DNA from: Victivallales bacterium Lenti_02
Lineage (GTDB): Bacteria; Verrucomicrobiota; Lentisphaeria; Oligosphaerales; Lenti-02
Assembly (NCBI GenBank): GCA_001603055.1
Contig: LVAZ01000176.1
Span: 1 to 34,369, forward strand
DNA: 34,369 bases
Direction: 5' to 3'
Positions 26,165 to 34,106 of this stretch are shown in pieces. A program made the translations under genes and the position numbers. The notes beneath the pieces are model-generated. The model ran no database searches. It was given only the letters and a program-made list of their open reading frames with translations, and was not told the origin of the DNA. How positions within the stretch are numbered: the first letter of the stretch is position 1; each line of letters begins with the position of its first letter.

Positions 26165-26668
26165 GTGCGGCGTGGACGGCACAATTTGCGGTTCAGTCTG
26201 CTTGAACTGGTGATCGTCATGGCGGTCATGGCCACGATTCTGGCGGTGACGGCTCCCAGCCTGGCGGGTTTCGTCCATGGCCGGAGCGTGCGGGAGGAGG
26301 CCCGGCGGCTGGTGGCGCTGACCCAGCGGGCCGCTGCCGTGTCCGGAGCCCAGTCCTGCCGCACGCGCCTGTGGGTCGAGCCCGCGACCGGCACCTACGG
26401 CTGGCGGCTGGTCGAGACCTTCGCGACGGAAACGGTGGACGGGGCCCAGTTCACCGCGGCGTCCGGGATCACCATCGAGGTCGAGCCGTCCCCCGCTTCG
26501 GGAGTGCTGGAACTGACCTTCCGGCCCGACGGGGGAATCGAGGGCGCGGACGGGAATCTGCGCATCCGGTTCGTTTCCGGCGGCAACCGCGAGGCGAGCG
26601 AAGTGCGCCTGCTCACGGCGCGCGGGGTGTTCGCGGTGGCCGAGGAAGTGGCGGAGGACGCGGAATGA
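26165..26668 (+). CDS. gspH: minor pseudopilin, GspH/FimT-like
   Basis: GTG start. The N-terminus RFSLLELVIVMAVMATILAVTAPSL is prepilin-like. Size and its position after gspG fit GspH. Confidence 0.6.
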   Translation: MRRGRHNLRFSLLELVIVMAVMATILAVTAPSLAGFVHGRSVREEARRLVALTQRAAAVSGAQSCRTRLWVEPATGTYGWRLVETFATETVDGAQFTAASGITIEVEPSPASGVLELTFRPDGGIEGADGNLRIRFVSGGNREASEVRLLTARGVFAVAEEVAEDAE

Positions 26669-27045
26669 GACGGCACCCCTTCACCTTCGCCGAAGTCCTG
26701 GTGGCCGTGCTGGTGGTGGCCCTGGTGGTGCCGGTGGCCGTGCGCGGCATCGCCCTGGCCCGCCGGTTGGTCGGCGACGACGTGCAGCTCGAATGGACGG
26801 TCCGGCTGGCCGACGAGAAGCTGAACGAGCTGCAAGTCACCGGCGAGTGGGAGAACGGCGACAGCGAAGGCACCTTCGCGGACGAGCCCGAGTACCGCTG
26901 GGTGCTGAGAACCGAGAGCTTCGAGCCGGATACCAGCCTGCCCGTGACCGTGCTTCGCCTGACGGTTTCCCGGACCGACGCCGTCCGTCCCACCGAAGCC
27001 ACCCTGGTCGCCCTGGCGGCCAATCCCACGGTAATGGAGGAATGA
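26665..27045 (+). CDS. gspI: minor pseudopilin, GspI-like
   Basis: MRRHPFTFAEVLVAVLVVALVVPVAV has a prepilin-like N-terminus with Glu +5. It is 126 aa, with an ATGA overlap with gspH, and its position fits GspI. Confidence 0.6.
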   Translation: MRRHPFTFAEVLVAVLVVALVVPVAVRGIALARRLVGDDVQLEWTVRLADEKLNELQVTGEWENGDSEGTFADEPEYRWVLRTESFEPDTSLPVTVLRLTVSRTDAVRPTEATLVALAANPTVMEE

Positions 27046-27677
27046 CCATGCGGCATCGTCATTTCTTCACCCTGCTCGAACTGCTGGTGGCCTGCTTTTC
27101 GATGGCGGTGCTGCTGGCGGCGCTGGCGGTGCCGGTGCAGGGCGCGCTGCGCGAGCGCGAGCGGGCCAACGAGGCGGCGGCGGAGACCTTCCGCCTCCGC
27201 CGGGCCATGGACCTGGTCCTGGACGATCTGACCGGCCTGCTGCTGCCGGGCGGCGATCTGACGGGCCAGTTCACGGGTACCAAGAGCGAGACCCGCGACG
27301 GTCGCCGCGACACTCTCGCCTTCGCCACCAACGCGACCGGGGCTTGCGTCCGGGTCGTCTACGAGCTGTCCGAGAATTCCGACGACACGCTCGACTGGTT
27401 GCGGACGGCGACGGTGAACCCGCTTTCGACCGACGACTCGGCCACCGTCGAGACCGTCCTGCTGGCCGGGGTGGGCTCGCTGGAGATCACCTACTACGAC
27501 GGGACGGTCTGGCAGGATGTGTGGGACAGCACGGGCGGGCTGGGGCTGCCCCAGGCCGTGGCGCTGTCCTTCACCCTGGACGATGGAACCGAGAATCCGC
27601 CCGTCCGCCGCCTGCTCGTGCCGGTGCGGATCGAGCCGGCCAGCGCCGGGCAGGGCGGTGGGGGAGGGCGGCAATGA
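27042..27677 (+). CDS. gspJ: minor pseudopilin, GspJ-like
   Basis: MTMRHRHFFTLLELLVACFSMAVLLAAL has a prepilin-like N-terminus. It is about 211 aa, with ATGA overlaps on both sides, and its position fits GspJ. Confidence 0.6.
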   Translation: MTMRHRHFFTLLELLVACFSMAVLLAALAVPVQGALRERERANEAAAETFRLRRAMDLVLDDLTGLLLPGGDLTGQFTGTKSETRDGRRDTLAFATNATGACVRVVYELSENSDDTLDWLRTATVNPLSTDDSATVETVLLAGVGSLEITYYDGTVWQDVWDSTGGLGLPQAVALSFTLDDGTENPPVRRLLVPVRIEPASAGQGGGGGRQ

Positions 27678-28969
27678 AATCCGCCTCCCAGCATGGTTTC
27701 GCCCTGATTCTGGTGCTGTGGCTGGCGCTGGCGCTGGCTGCGACGGCCCTCTGTTTCGGCCAGGTCGCCGTGCTGGGCTACCGGACCCGGAGCGGGGCGC
27801 GGGCGAATCTGCAATGCCGCCACACGGAGCAGGCCGCCGCCGTCTATGTCAAAGCCCTGCTGGCGACGGTGGAGGCCGGGGAGATGCCGGAACTGGAGAG
27901 CGAGGACGTGAAGGAAATCCCGGTCGGCGGCAGCGCCTTCTGGCTGCTGGCCCCGATCTGGAACGAAAGTCCCGAGCTGTCCTACGGCCTGGTCTCCGAG
28001 GCGGGGAAACTGAATCTGAACACCGCCGGCAAGGCGATGCTCCAGGCGCTGCCGGGGATGACCGAGGCGCTCGCGGCGGCCATCGTCGACTGGCGGGACG
28101 CGGATTCGGAACCGCAGCCCTACGGCGCGGAGGACGAGACCTATTCCCGCAAGAAGCCCCCCTACCGGGCCAAAAACGCGCCCTTCGACAGCATCGAGGA
28201 ACTGCTGCTGGTCGAGGGGATGACCGAGGATATCCTCTACGGCAAGGACCGCAACCGGAACGGGGAGATCGACCCCTGGGAGGGGGATGGCACAGGGGGC
28301 AACCTGGCCGATTACGGCATCTATCATCTGGTCACGGTCCATAGCGCCGAACCGAACGGGACCGGCGGCGGCGGCGAGGGCAGGACCAATGTCACCGACG
28401 CCCAGGCTCTGCGCCGCTTTCTGGCCCGGACCTTCGATCCCCAGACGGCCAGCCGGGCGGAAAGCGCCGGCCCCTACCGGAGCGTGCTCGAATTCGCCGC
28501 CCGCAGCGGGCTGGAGCGCGAGCAGTTCGAGCGGATCGCCAAGGAGTTGACCATGTCGGACGAGGAGACAGTGCCGGGGCTGGTGAACGTGAATGTGGCC
28601 CCCCTCGCGGTGCTGCGTTGTCTCCCGGGGATCGGCGACGGCGACGCGGAAAAGCTGATCGCCTACCGGGTCGCCAATTCCAGTAGCTTGACCAGCATCG
28701 CCTGGGTGCTGGACGCGCTGGGCGACGACCGCGCCCGCGAGCTGGGACCCAGGGTGACCACCCGGACCTATCAGATTTCCGCCGACGTGGTGGTGGTGGC
28801 CGACTATCGCCGGGCCGTGCGGCGGGTCCGTCTGGTTTTCGATTTGTCCTCCGGATCCCCCTTGCTGGTGGCCCGGCGGGACCTGAGCGGCATGGCGTGG
28901 CCGCTGGGCGAGGATATGTGGAACGAATGGATAACGAAAACTCTGGCCGACAGCGACGAAGGATCATGA
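27674..28969 (+). CDS. gspK: minor pseudopilin GspK
   Basis: N-terminus HGFALILVLWLALAL lacks Glu +5, as GspK does. GKLNLNTAGKAMLQALPGMTEALAAAIVDWRD and a second LVNVNVAPLAVLRCLPGIGDGDAEKLIAYR (paired helix-hairpin-helix-like modules) are typical of T2SSK. Confidence 0.8.
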   Translation: MKSASQHGFALILVLWLALALAATALCFGQVAVLGYRTRSGARANLQCRHTEQAAAVYVKALLATVEAGEMPELESEDVKEIPVGGSAFWLLAPIWNESPELSYGLVSEAGKLNLNTAGKAMLQALPGMTEALAAAIVDWRDADSEPQPYGAEDETYSRKKPPYRAKNAPFDSIEELLLVEGMTEDILYGKDRNRNGEIDPWEGDGTGGNLADYGIYHLVTVHSAEPNGTGGGGEGRTNVTDAQALRRFLARTFDPQTASRAESAGPYRSVLEFAARSGLEREQFERIAKELTMSDEETVPGLVNVNVAPLAVLRCLPGIGDGDAEKLIAYRVANSSSLTSIAWVLDALGDDRARELGPRVTTRTYQISADVVVVADYRRAVRRVRLVFDLSSGSPLLVARRDLSGMAWPLGEDMWNEWITKTLADSDEGS

Positions 28970-30348
28970 ATACCGTGAGTCATACCAGCAAATCAGCGGC
29001 CACGCTCGGTCTCTTCCTTGGCGGGGGACGACTGGCCTATGCCGTGGTCCGCGCGGGCGCGGTCGAGGCGCAGGACTGCGTTCCCTTCGCTCTGGACCCC
29101 GGCCGGGACGAGGCGGAGGTGATCGCGGCCAAACTGCGCGAGGTTCTGGCAAGCGCCCGGATTTCGGCCCGGAATTGCCGCTTGGCCCTGCCGTTGAACT
29201 GGGTGGTGGGCAGCCGCTTCTCGTCCGTCGGCCTGCCGCCGGAGGCGTTGGTCGCCACGGCGGCGCTCGAACTGGAGCGGCAGTGCGGGGCACCGGTCCC
29301 GGCGGCGGGTCTGCTGTGCCAGCCCCCGGACGCCGCCGGCCAGGTTCTGGCTGTGGCGGTGGAGCCGGGCGTGGCCCGCCAGTTGGCCGAGGCCTGCCGT
29401 CTGGCCGGTCTGCGGCTCGAAGCCTTGCTGCCCGCCGTGGCCGGCGCGCTCCCGTTGGAGACGGTCGGAACGGAGGTGGACATTCTGCCGCTGCCCGAGC
29501 AGATGGACGCCCTGGTCCGCCGCCAGGGGCGGCCGGCGGTTCTGCGCCAGCTCGCGCTGTATCGCGACAGTTCCGGTCCGCATCTCGACGAGTGTCTGAC
29601 GACGGCCATGCGCAACCTGCTGGTGACGCTGTCCGCGTTTTCCGGCGAGGAAGCCGAGCGGGTGTCGGTCCGGGTGCTCGGCACCGGCCAACTGGCCGAG
29701 GGGCTGACGGCGCGGATTCGCGAGCGGGCGGAGTGGCAGTGCGTCCCGGCCCAGCCGGGGGGGCACCAGCCGGCCGTCCAGGCGGCGCTCATGGCCGCGC
29801 GGCATCCCGGATTCGGCGACGATGCGCTCTGCCTGGTTCCCCCCGAGCGGGAGCGGTCTTCCCGCTGGTGGGCGACGCGGGCGGGCCGTCCCCTGGTTGC
29901 CGCCGGGGTCGCGCTGGCGCTGGCCGGTCTGGCCTTCGGCGGGGCGTTTCTGGCCCGGCGGCTGGAAATCCGGCGGCTGGAGGACGGTCTGGCCCGGCTC
30001 GCCGATCAGCGGCGGGAGGCGGAGGAACTGCGCGACGAACTGCGCTCGACGGCCCCCTGGTTCCGCCAGGAACCCGAGCGGCTGACGGTGCTGCTGGTCG
30101 TGGCCGAGGCGTTCCCGGAACGGGGGACAGTCTGGGTGACCGATTTGGCGATCGAGCCCGACGGCACGGTGTCGCTCACGGGCTGCGCACGGGACCAGAA
30201 CAGCCTGTTCCAGGTGACGGAGGCGCTCGGCAAGCGGACCCGGAATCTGGGTGTGCTGCGCACTCGGCAAGGCACCAAGACAGGCGATCCCATGACCTTC
30301 TCGATTTCGTTTTCGCTGCCCTCGGCAACCCGCAGCGGAGGTGCCTGA
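28966..30348 (+). CDS. gspL: GspL-like assembly protein (PilM-like cytoplasmic domain + TM + PilN-like periplasmic domain)
   Basis: 460 aa with a single TM (LVAAGVALALAGLAFGGAFLA) near residue 310, followed by a coiled segment RRLEIRRLEDGLARLADQRREAEELRDEL. It has an ATGA overlap with gspK, and its position fits GspL. Confidence 0.55.
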   Translation: MNTVSHTSKSAATLGLFLGGGRLAYAVVRAGAVEAQDCVPFALDPGRDEAEVIAAKLREVLASARISARNCRLALPLNWVVGSRFSSVGLPPEALVATAALELERQCGAPVPAAGLLCQPPDAAGQVLAVAVEPGVARQLAEACRLAGLRLEALLPAVAGALPLETVGTEVDILPLPEQMDALVRRQGRPAVLRQLALYRDSSGPHLDECLTTAMRNLLVTLSAFSGEEAERVSVRVLGTGQLAEGLTARIRERAEWQCVPAQPGGHQPAVQAALMAARHPGFGDDALCLVPPERERSSRWWATRAGRPLVAAGVALALAGLAFGGAFLARRLEIRRLEDGLARLADQRREAEELRDELRSTAPWFRQEPERLTVLLVVAEAFPERGTVWVTDLAIEPDGTVSLTGCARDQNSLFQVTEALGKRTRNLGVLRTRQGTKTGDPMTFSISFSLPSATRSGGA

Positions 30349-30350
30349 CC

Positions 30351-30902
30351 ATGTTTGGAAGACGTGAACGATACTTGGCGGTGGTGGGGCTGGTGTTCCT
30401 GTTTGCCTTTGTGGGCGACCGGATGCTGCTGCCCCCGCTGCGGGCCGCCTGGCGGGCGGACGGCGAACGGGCGGCGGTCCTGCGGGGCGAACTGACGGCG
30501 GTGGAACGCCTTGCCGACTCCCTGCCGAACTGGCGCCGGGAAAGCGAGCGCCGCCGCGAGCTGTCCTTCCCCAGCCGGCGAACCGAAGCCGAAAACGAGG
30601 TGCTGAAGACGGTGGCAGCCCATGCCGTCGAGCGCGGGGTTCTGCTCAAGGGTCTGCGTCCCGCCTGGCGCGAAAATGCGGACCGGGACCGGAACTCCCT
30701 GCCGCTGCTGGAACTGGCGGTGTCGGCCGAGGGCAATCTGACGGCGGTGGCCGGTTTCCTCTACGATCTGGAAACCATGCCCGCCCCGGTGCGCCTGGAA
30801 CGGACCCGTCTGCATTCGCGGGCCGAGAACGGTCGCGCGCTGGATGTGGAACTGGTGCTGACGGCGCTGCCGGGCACCGTGGCGGCGGAGGCGGCGCGAT
30901 GA
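30351..30902 (+). CDS. gspM: GspM/PilO-like bitopic assembly protein
   Basis: 183 aa with an N-terminal TM (YLAVVGLVFLFAFVG) and a periplasmic domain. It starts 2 nt after the gspL-like stop. The assignment rests on position and topology only. Confidence 0.45.
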   Translation: MFGRRERYLAVVGLVFLFAFVGDRMLLPPLRAAWRADGERAAVLRGELTAVERLADSLPNWRRESERRRELSFPSRRTEAENEVLKTVAAHAVERGVLLKGLRPAWRENADRDRNSLPLLELAVSAEGNLTAVAGFLYDLETMPAPVRLERTRLHSRAENGRALDVELVLTALPGTVAAEAAR

Positions 30903-31423
30903 TCGGGAAAACGGCATTGGCTTGGCTTCTTTTCGGCTTGGCGGTCGTCGCCGACCCGCCGCCCTTCAGCGCGTACCGGCTGGTGGTCGAGCGCAACATC
31001 TTCGATGCCACCCGGCAGCCGCAGCGGGAGGCCACGCCCCGCGAGCCCGAGGTCCGGCCCCCGCCGCCGGTGGCGAAGACCCTGGCCCTGGCCGGTGTCT
31101 TCATCGCCGACGACCGGGCCGTGGCTCTGTTTGCCGACGCGCGGCAGGCGGTCGTTGCCGTGGCCGTCGGCCAGGCGGTCGAGGGACTGACCGTCGCGCT
31201 GGTGGATTCCACCGGGGCGGAGCTGGCCCTCGGCGGGGAGCGCCGGTTGCGCGTGGCGGTGGGGGAACGGCTCAGCGACGGCGGCGAGGGCGTCTGGACG
31301 GTGGTCGGCCGGGCCGCGCAGGCCCCCTCGGTGCAGCAGGAAAAGACGGAACGGCAGACCGCCAGCCAGGCGGAGTTGTTGCAGCGGCTCATGGAACGCA
31401 GAAAACGGGAACTCGGACAATGA
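30899..31423 (+). CDS. gspC: GspC/PilP-like protein
   Basis: 174 aa with an N-terminal TM or signal (TALAWLLFGLAVVA), an ERNIFD motif, a Pro-rich linker, then a small beta domain (LALAGVFIADDRAVALF...). It lies immediately upstream of the secretin, with ATGA overlaps on both sides. Confidence 0.45.
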   Translation: MIGKTALAWLLFGLAVVADPPPFSAYRLVVERNIFDATRQPQREATPREPEVRPPPPVAKTLALAGVFIADDRAVALFADARQAVVAVAVGQAVEGLTVALVDSTGAELALGGERRLRVAVGERLSDGGEGVWTVVGRAAQAPSVQQEKTERQTASQAELLQRLMERRKRELGQ

Positions 31424-33006
31424 ACACCTTTTTCACTCGCAGGCTGGTTTTGTCGCTGGCGGCCGCCGGGCTGCTTCACGCTCCGTTGCGGGGCTGGTCC
31501 CAGGAGGAGGGTGGCTTGCCCGAGGCCGTCGTCGAGGCGCTGGTCGCCGAAGCGGTGGCACCCGAGGCCGAGGCCCCGGCGCGGGATGCTCCCGAGGCCG
31601 GGAAGCCGGTCGAGGTCCGGCCCTTTGCCCCGCCGCCGCCGCCCGCCCCGTTGCCGGACGCCCCGCCGCCGGTGCCCGCCGGGAAGATTCTGTTCAATTT
31701 CCGCAGTGCCCCGGTGGATGCGGTGCTGGACCATCTCAGCCAGGCGGCCGGCTTCATCATCGTCAAGGACGTGCCGGTGAGCGGCAGCGTGGATGTGTGG
31801 AGCCATCAGCCGCTCGATCCGGACGAGGCGGTGGAACTGCTGAACACCGTGCTGGCCCGGCAGGGGCTGGCGGCGGTGCGGACCGAGCGGGTGCTGCGGA
31901 TCGTCTCGCGCTCGGCGGCTCTGGCGGCCGACCTGCCGGTGGCGGCGGGGGCCGATCCCGATAAAATCAATCGGTCCGACAGCATGGCCACCCAGATCAT
32001 CCCCGTCAAATATGCCGATGCGGCGAAGCTGGTGGAGAATCTCCGCCCGCTGCTGGGCGAGGGCTCCCAGCTCTCGGCCAACGCCTCGAGCAATTCGCTG
32101 ATTCTCACCGACACCCGGACGAACATCCGGCGCATGGTGCTGATCGTCAAGGCCCTTGACACCTCGATCTCGAACATCACCGAAATCCGCGTGTTCCCGC
32201 TCGAACATGCCAAGGCCACGGATTTGGCCGAGGTGGTGAACAAGGTGTTCGCCAAGCCCGACCAGAACCAGAGCACCAATCGGGGCGGCCCGATGGAGTT
32301 CATCGCCCGGATGCGCCGGGGCGGGCCGGGCGGCATGCCGGGCGGGGGCGAACAGACGGAAGGGGGAACCAGCGAGGCGAAGCTGGCCACCGCCAGCGTG
32401 ACCGCCGTGGGCGACGAGCGCAGCAACTCGCTGGTGGTCAGCGCCTCCGACGAATTGATGCCGCAGGTGGCCGCCCTGGTCAAGCAGGTGGACGTGCCGA
32501 CGGAGGACGCGGCGGTGGTCGAGGTCTATTTCCTGCGCTACGCGGACGCCGCCGACGTGGCCGAGATTCTCCAGAAGGTCTACACCACCAGCACCACCAG
32601 CAGCAACCAGAACGCCTCCACCCAGCGCCAGTTCGGCATGTTCGGCGGGCGGATGATGCCCGGCGGTTCCCAGCAACAGCAGCAAACCAGCACCAGCCGC
32701 TCGCTCGGGGAGGCCGAGGTGAAGGTGGTGGCGGACACGCGGACCAACGCCCTGATCGTCAGCGCCTCGCCCACCACGCTCGCTTCGGTGGGCAAGGTGA
32801 TCGAGAAGCTCGACGAGACCCCGAAGAACGTGAACCAAATCTACATCTACCGGATCGAGAACGCCGATCTCGAGAATCTCAAGACCATCCTGCAGGGGCT
32901 GTTCGACGACATCGAGAGCACCGGCACCACCACCACCCTGGCCCCGACCGGCGGCACCCGCACGGGCACCACGACCGGCACCGGCACCGGCAGAACCAGA
33001 AACTAG
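31420..33006 (+). CDS. gspD: secretin GspD, N-terminal part only (signal peptide + N0-N3-like domains, no beta-barrel domain)
   Basis: Signal peptide MNTFFTRRLVLSLAAAGLLHA. It has N-domain repeats: FNFRSAPVDAVLDHLS..., IIPVKYADAAKLVENLRPLL...SNSLILTDTRTNIRRMVLIVKALD, IRVFPLEHAKATDLAEVVNKVF...SNSLVVSASDELMPQVAALVKQVD, VYFLRYADAADVAEILQKVY...TNALIVSASPTTLASVGKVIEKLD, and a final half-repeat IYIYRIENADLENLKTILQGLF. It ends in a Thr/Gly-rich tail and TAG 33004-33006. Confidence 0.85.
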   Translation: MNTFFTRRLVLSLAAAGLLHAPLRGWSQEEGGLPEAVVEALVAEAVAPEAEAPARDAPEAGKPVEVRPFAPPPPPAPLPDAPPPVPAGKILFNFRSAPVDAVLDHLSQAAGFIIVKDVPVSGSVDVWSHQPLDPDEAVELLNTVLARQGLAAVRTERVLRIVSRSAALAADLPVAAGADPDKINRSDSMATQIIPVKYADAAKLVENLRPLLGEGSQLSANASSNSLILTDTRTNIRRMVLIVKALDTSISNITEIRVFPLEHAKATDLAEVVNKVFAKPDQNQSTNRGGPMEFIARMRRGGPGGMPGGGEQTEGGTSEAKLATASVTAVGDERSNSLVVSASDELMPQVAALVKQVDVPTEDAAVVEVYFLRYADAADVAEILQKVYTTSTTSSNQNASTQRQFGMFGGRMMPGGSQQQQQTSTSRSLGEAEVKVVADTRTNALIVSASPTTLASVGKVIEKLDETPKNVNQIYIYRIENADLENLKTILQGLFDDIESTGTTTTLAPTGGTRTGTTTGTGTGRTRN

Positions 33007-33027
33007 GCCAGATCGGGAGCGAAACCC

Positions 33028-34095
33028 ATGAAACACCCTATCGCCATTCTTATCGCCTTCCTCGCCGCGGCCGCCGTCCTGGCCCAGACCCCCGCCTCCC
33101 GTCCGGCTTCCTTTCTGGAGGCGTCGGAGCAGCGCAAGCTGGGCACCGCCCATTTCGAGATCGATCTCGACTCGAACACCCTGATCGTCACCACCGACCA
33201 GGAGACCAACGAGACGATCAAGCGGCTGGTGGCCGAGCTGGACCGGCCCATTCCCCAGGTGCTCATCAACGTCCTCTTTCTCGAAGTCACCTATGGCGAC
33301 GATCTGGATCTGGGCACCGAGATCACCTACACCTCGGTTTCCGGCGACGGGGATACCCGGACCCTCGGCTCGCTCTTCAATCTGGGCGGTCTTGCCCAGG
33401 GCGGTTCGCTCACCCTTGCCAAGGGCGAGCTGGACGTGGTCTTCAAGGCCCTCGCCACGAAGACCAAGACCGAGGTGCTGTCGCGGCCCTCGATCATGGC
33501 CCGCAACAACCAGGAATCCACCATCACCATCGGTTCGGAAGTGCCTTTCATCCGCAACAGCCAGGTGACGGACTCGGGCGGGGTGCTGAACACCATCGAG
33601 TACGAGGACGTGGGCATCATCCTCAAAGTCACCCCCCGGATCAACGCCGACGGCCTGGTGGAGATGACCGTGGCCCCGGAGATTTCCGCGATTTCGGCGG
33701 AAACGGTGCCGATTTCCGAAAGCGTCACCGCGCCCACCTTCGTCAAGCGTTCCGCCGAGACCCGGGTCATGGTGCAGAGCGGCCGGACCGTGGTGATCGG
33801 CGGCCTGATGGAGGACCAGGAAAACCGGGAGGTGCGCAAGGTGCCGCTGCTCGGCGACATCCCGCTCGTGGGCGCGCTCTTCCGGCGCACGATCATCGAG
33901 AAATCCAAAACCGAACTGCTGATTTTCCTGACCCCCCACGTGGTCACCGGCAACACGGCCGACTCCCTGGTGGAAATGGAGAAACGGGCGGTCGGGATCG
34001 CCGGGTCGGTCGACGCCGAGCGGCTCCAGCGGTATTTTGAGAGCACCGGCGGCAGCAACGGGCCGGCCGCCGTCCCTGCGGCACCCCGTCCCTGA
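33028..34095 (+). CDS. gspD: secretin GspD, C-terminal part (own signal peptide + half N-domain + secretin beta-barrel domain)
   Basis: GGGAG lies 9 nt upstream. Signal peptide MKHPIAILIAFLAAAAVLAQ, then NTLIVTTDQETNETIKRLVAELDRPIPQVLINVLFLEV. The secretin core follows: KTEVLSRPSIMARNNQESTITIGSEVPF, YEDVGIILKVTPRINADGLV, RTVVIGGLMED, KVPLLGDIPLVGALFR, ELLIFLTPHVV. Confidence 0.9.
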   Translation: MKHPIAILIAFLAAAAVLAQTPASRPASFLEASEQRKLGTAHFEIDLDSNTLIVTTDQETNETIKRLVAELDRPIPQVLINVLFLEVTYGDDLDLGTEITYTSVSGDGDTRTLGSLFNLGGLAQGGSLTLAKGELDVVFKALATKTKTEVLSRPSIMARNNQESTITIGSEVPFIRNSQVTDSGGVLNTIEYEDVGIILKVTPRINADGLVEMTVAPEISAISAETVPISESVTAPTFVKRSAETRVMVQSGRTVVIGGLMEDQENREVRKVPLLGDIPLVGALFRRTIIEKSKTELLIFLTPHVVTGNTADSLVEMEKRAVGIAGSVDAERLQRYFESTGGSNGPAAVPAAPRP

Positions 34096-34106
34096 GGAGT
34101 CGTTCC

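Noticed and set aside
33004-33006. The in-frame TAG between the secretin halves as a recoding site (pyrrolysine or programmed read-through), prompted by the MtaA-like genes in the window
   Set aside because: No pyl genes and no PYLIS-like context are visible. A read-through product would place a signal-peptide-like hydrophobic helix in the middle of a periplasmic protein. URO-D/MtaA-like proteins themselves do not use Pyl. I kept this only as a possibility to test within the split-secretin finding.
30646-33939. 1097-aa ORF on the minus strand opposite gspC/gspD. Similar ORFs occur at 28993-30270 and 26613-27674 (minus).
   Set aside because: These are shadow ORFs typical of high-GC DNA. Their translations are Arg/Gly/Pro/His-rich low-complexity strings, and the opposite strand encodes clearly recognisable T2SS proteins.
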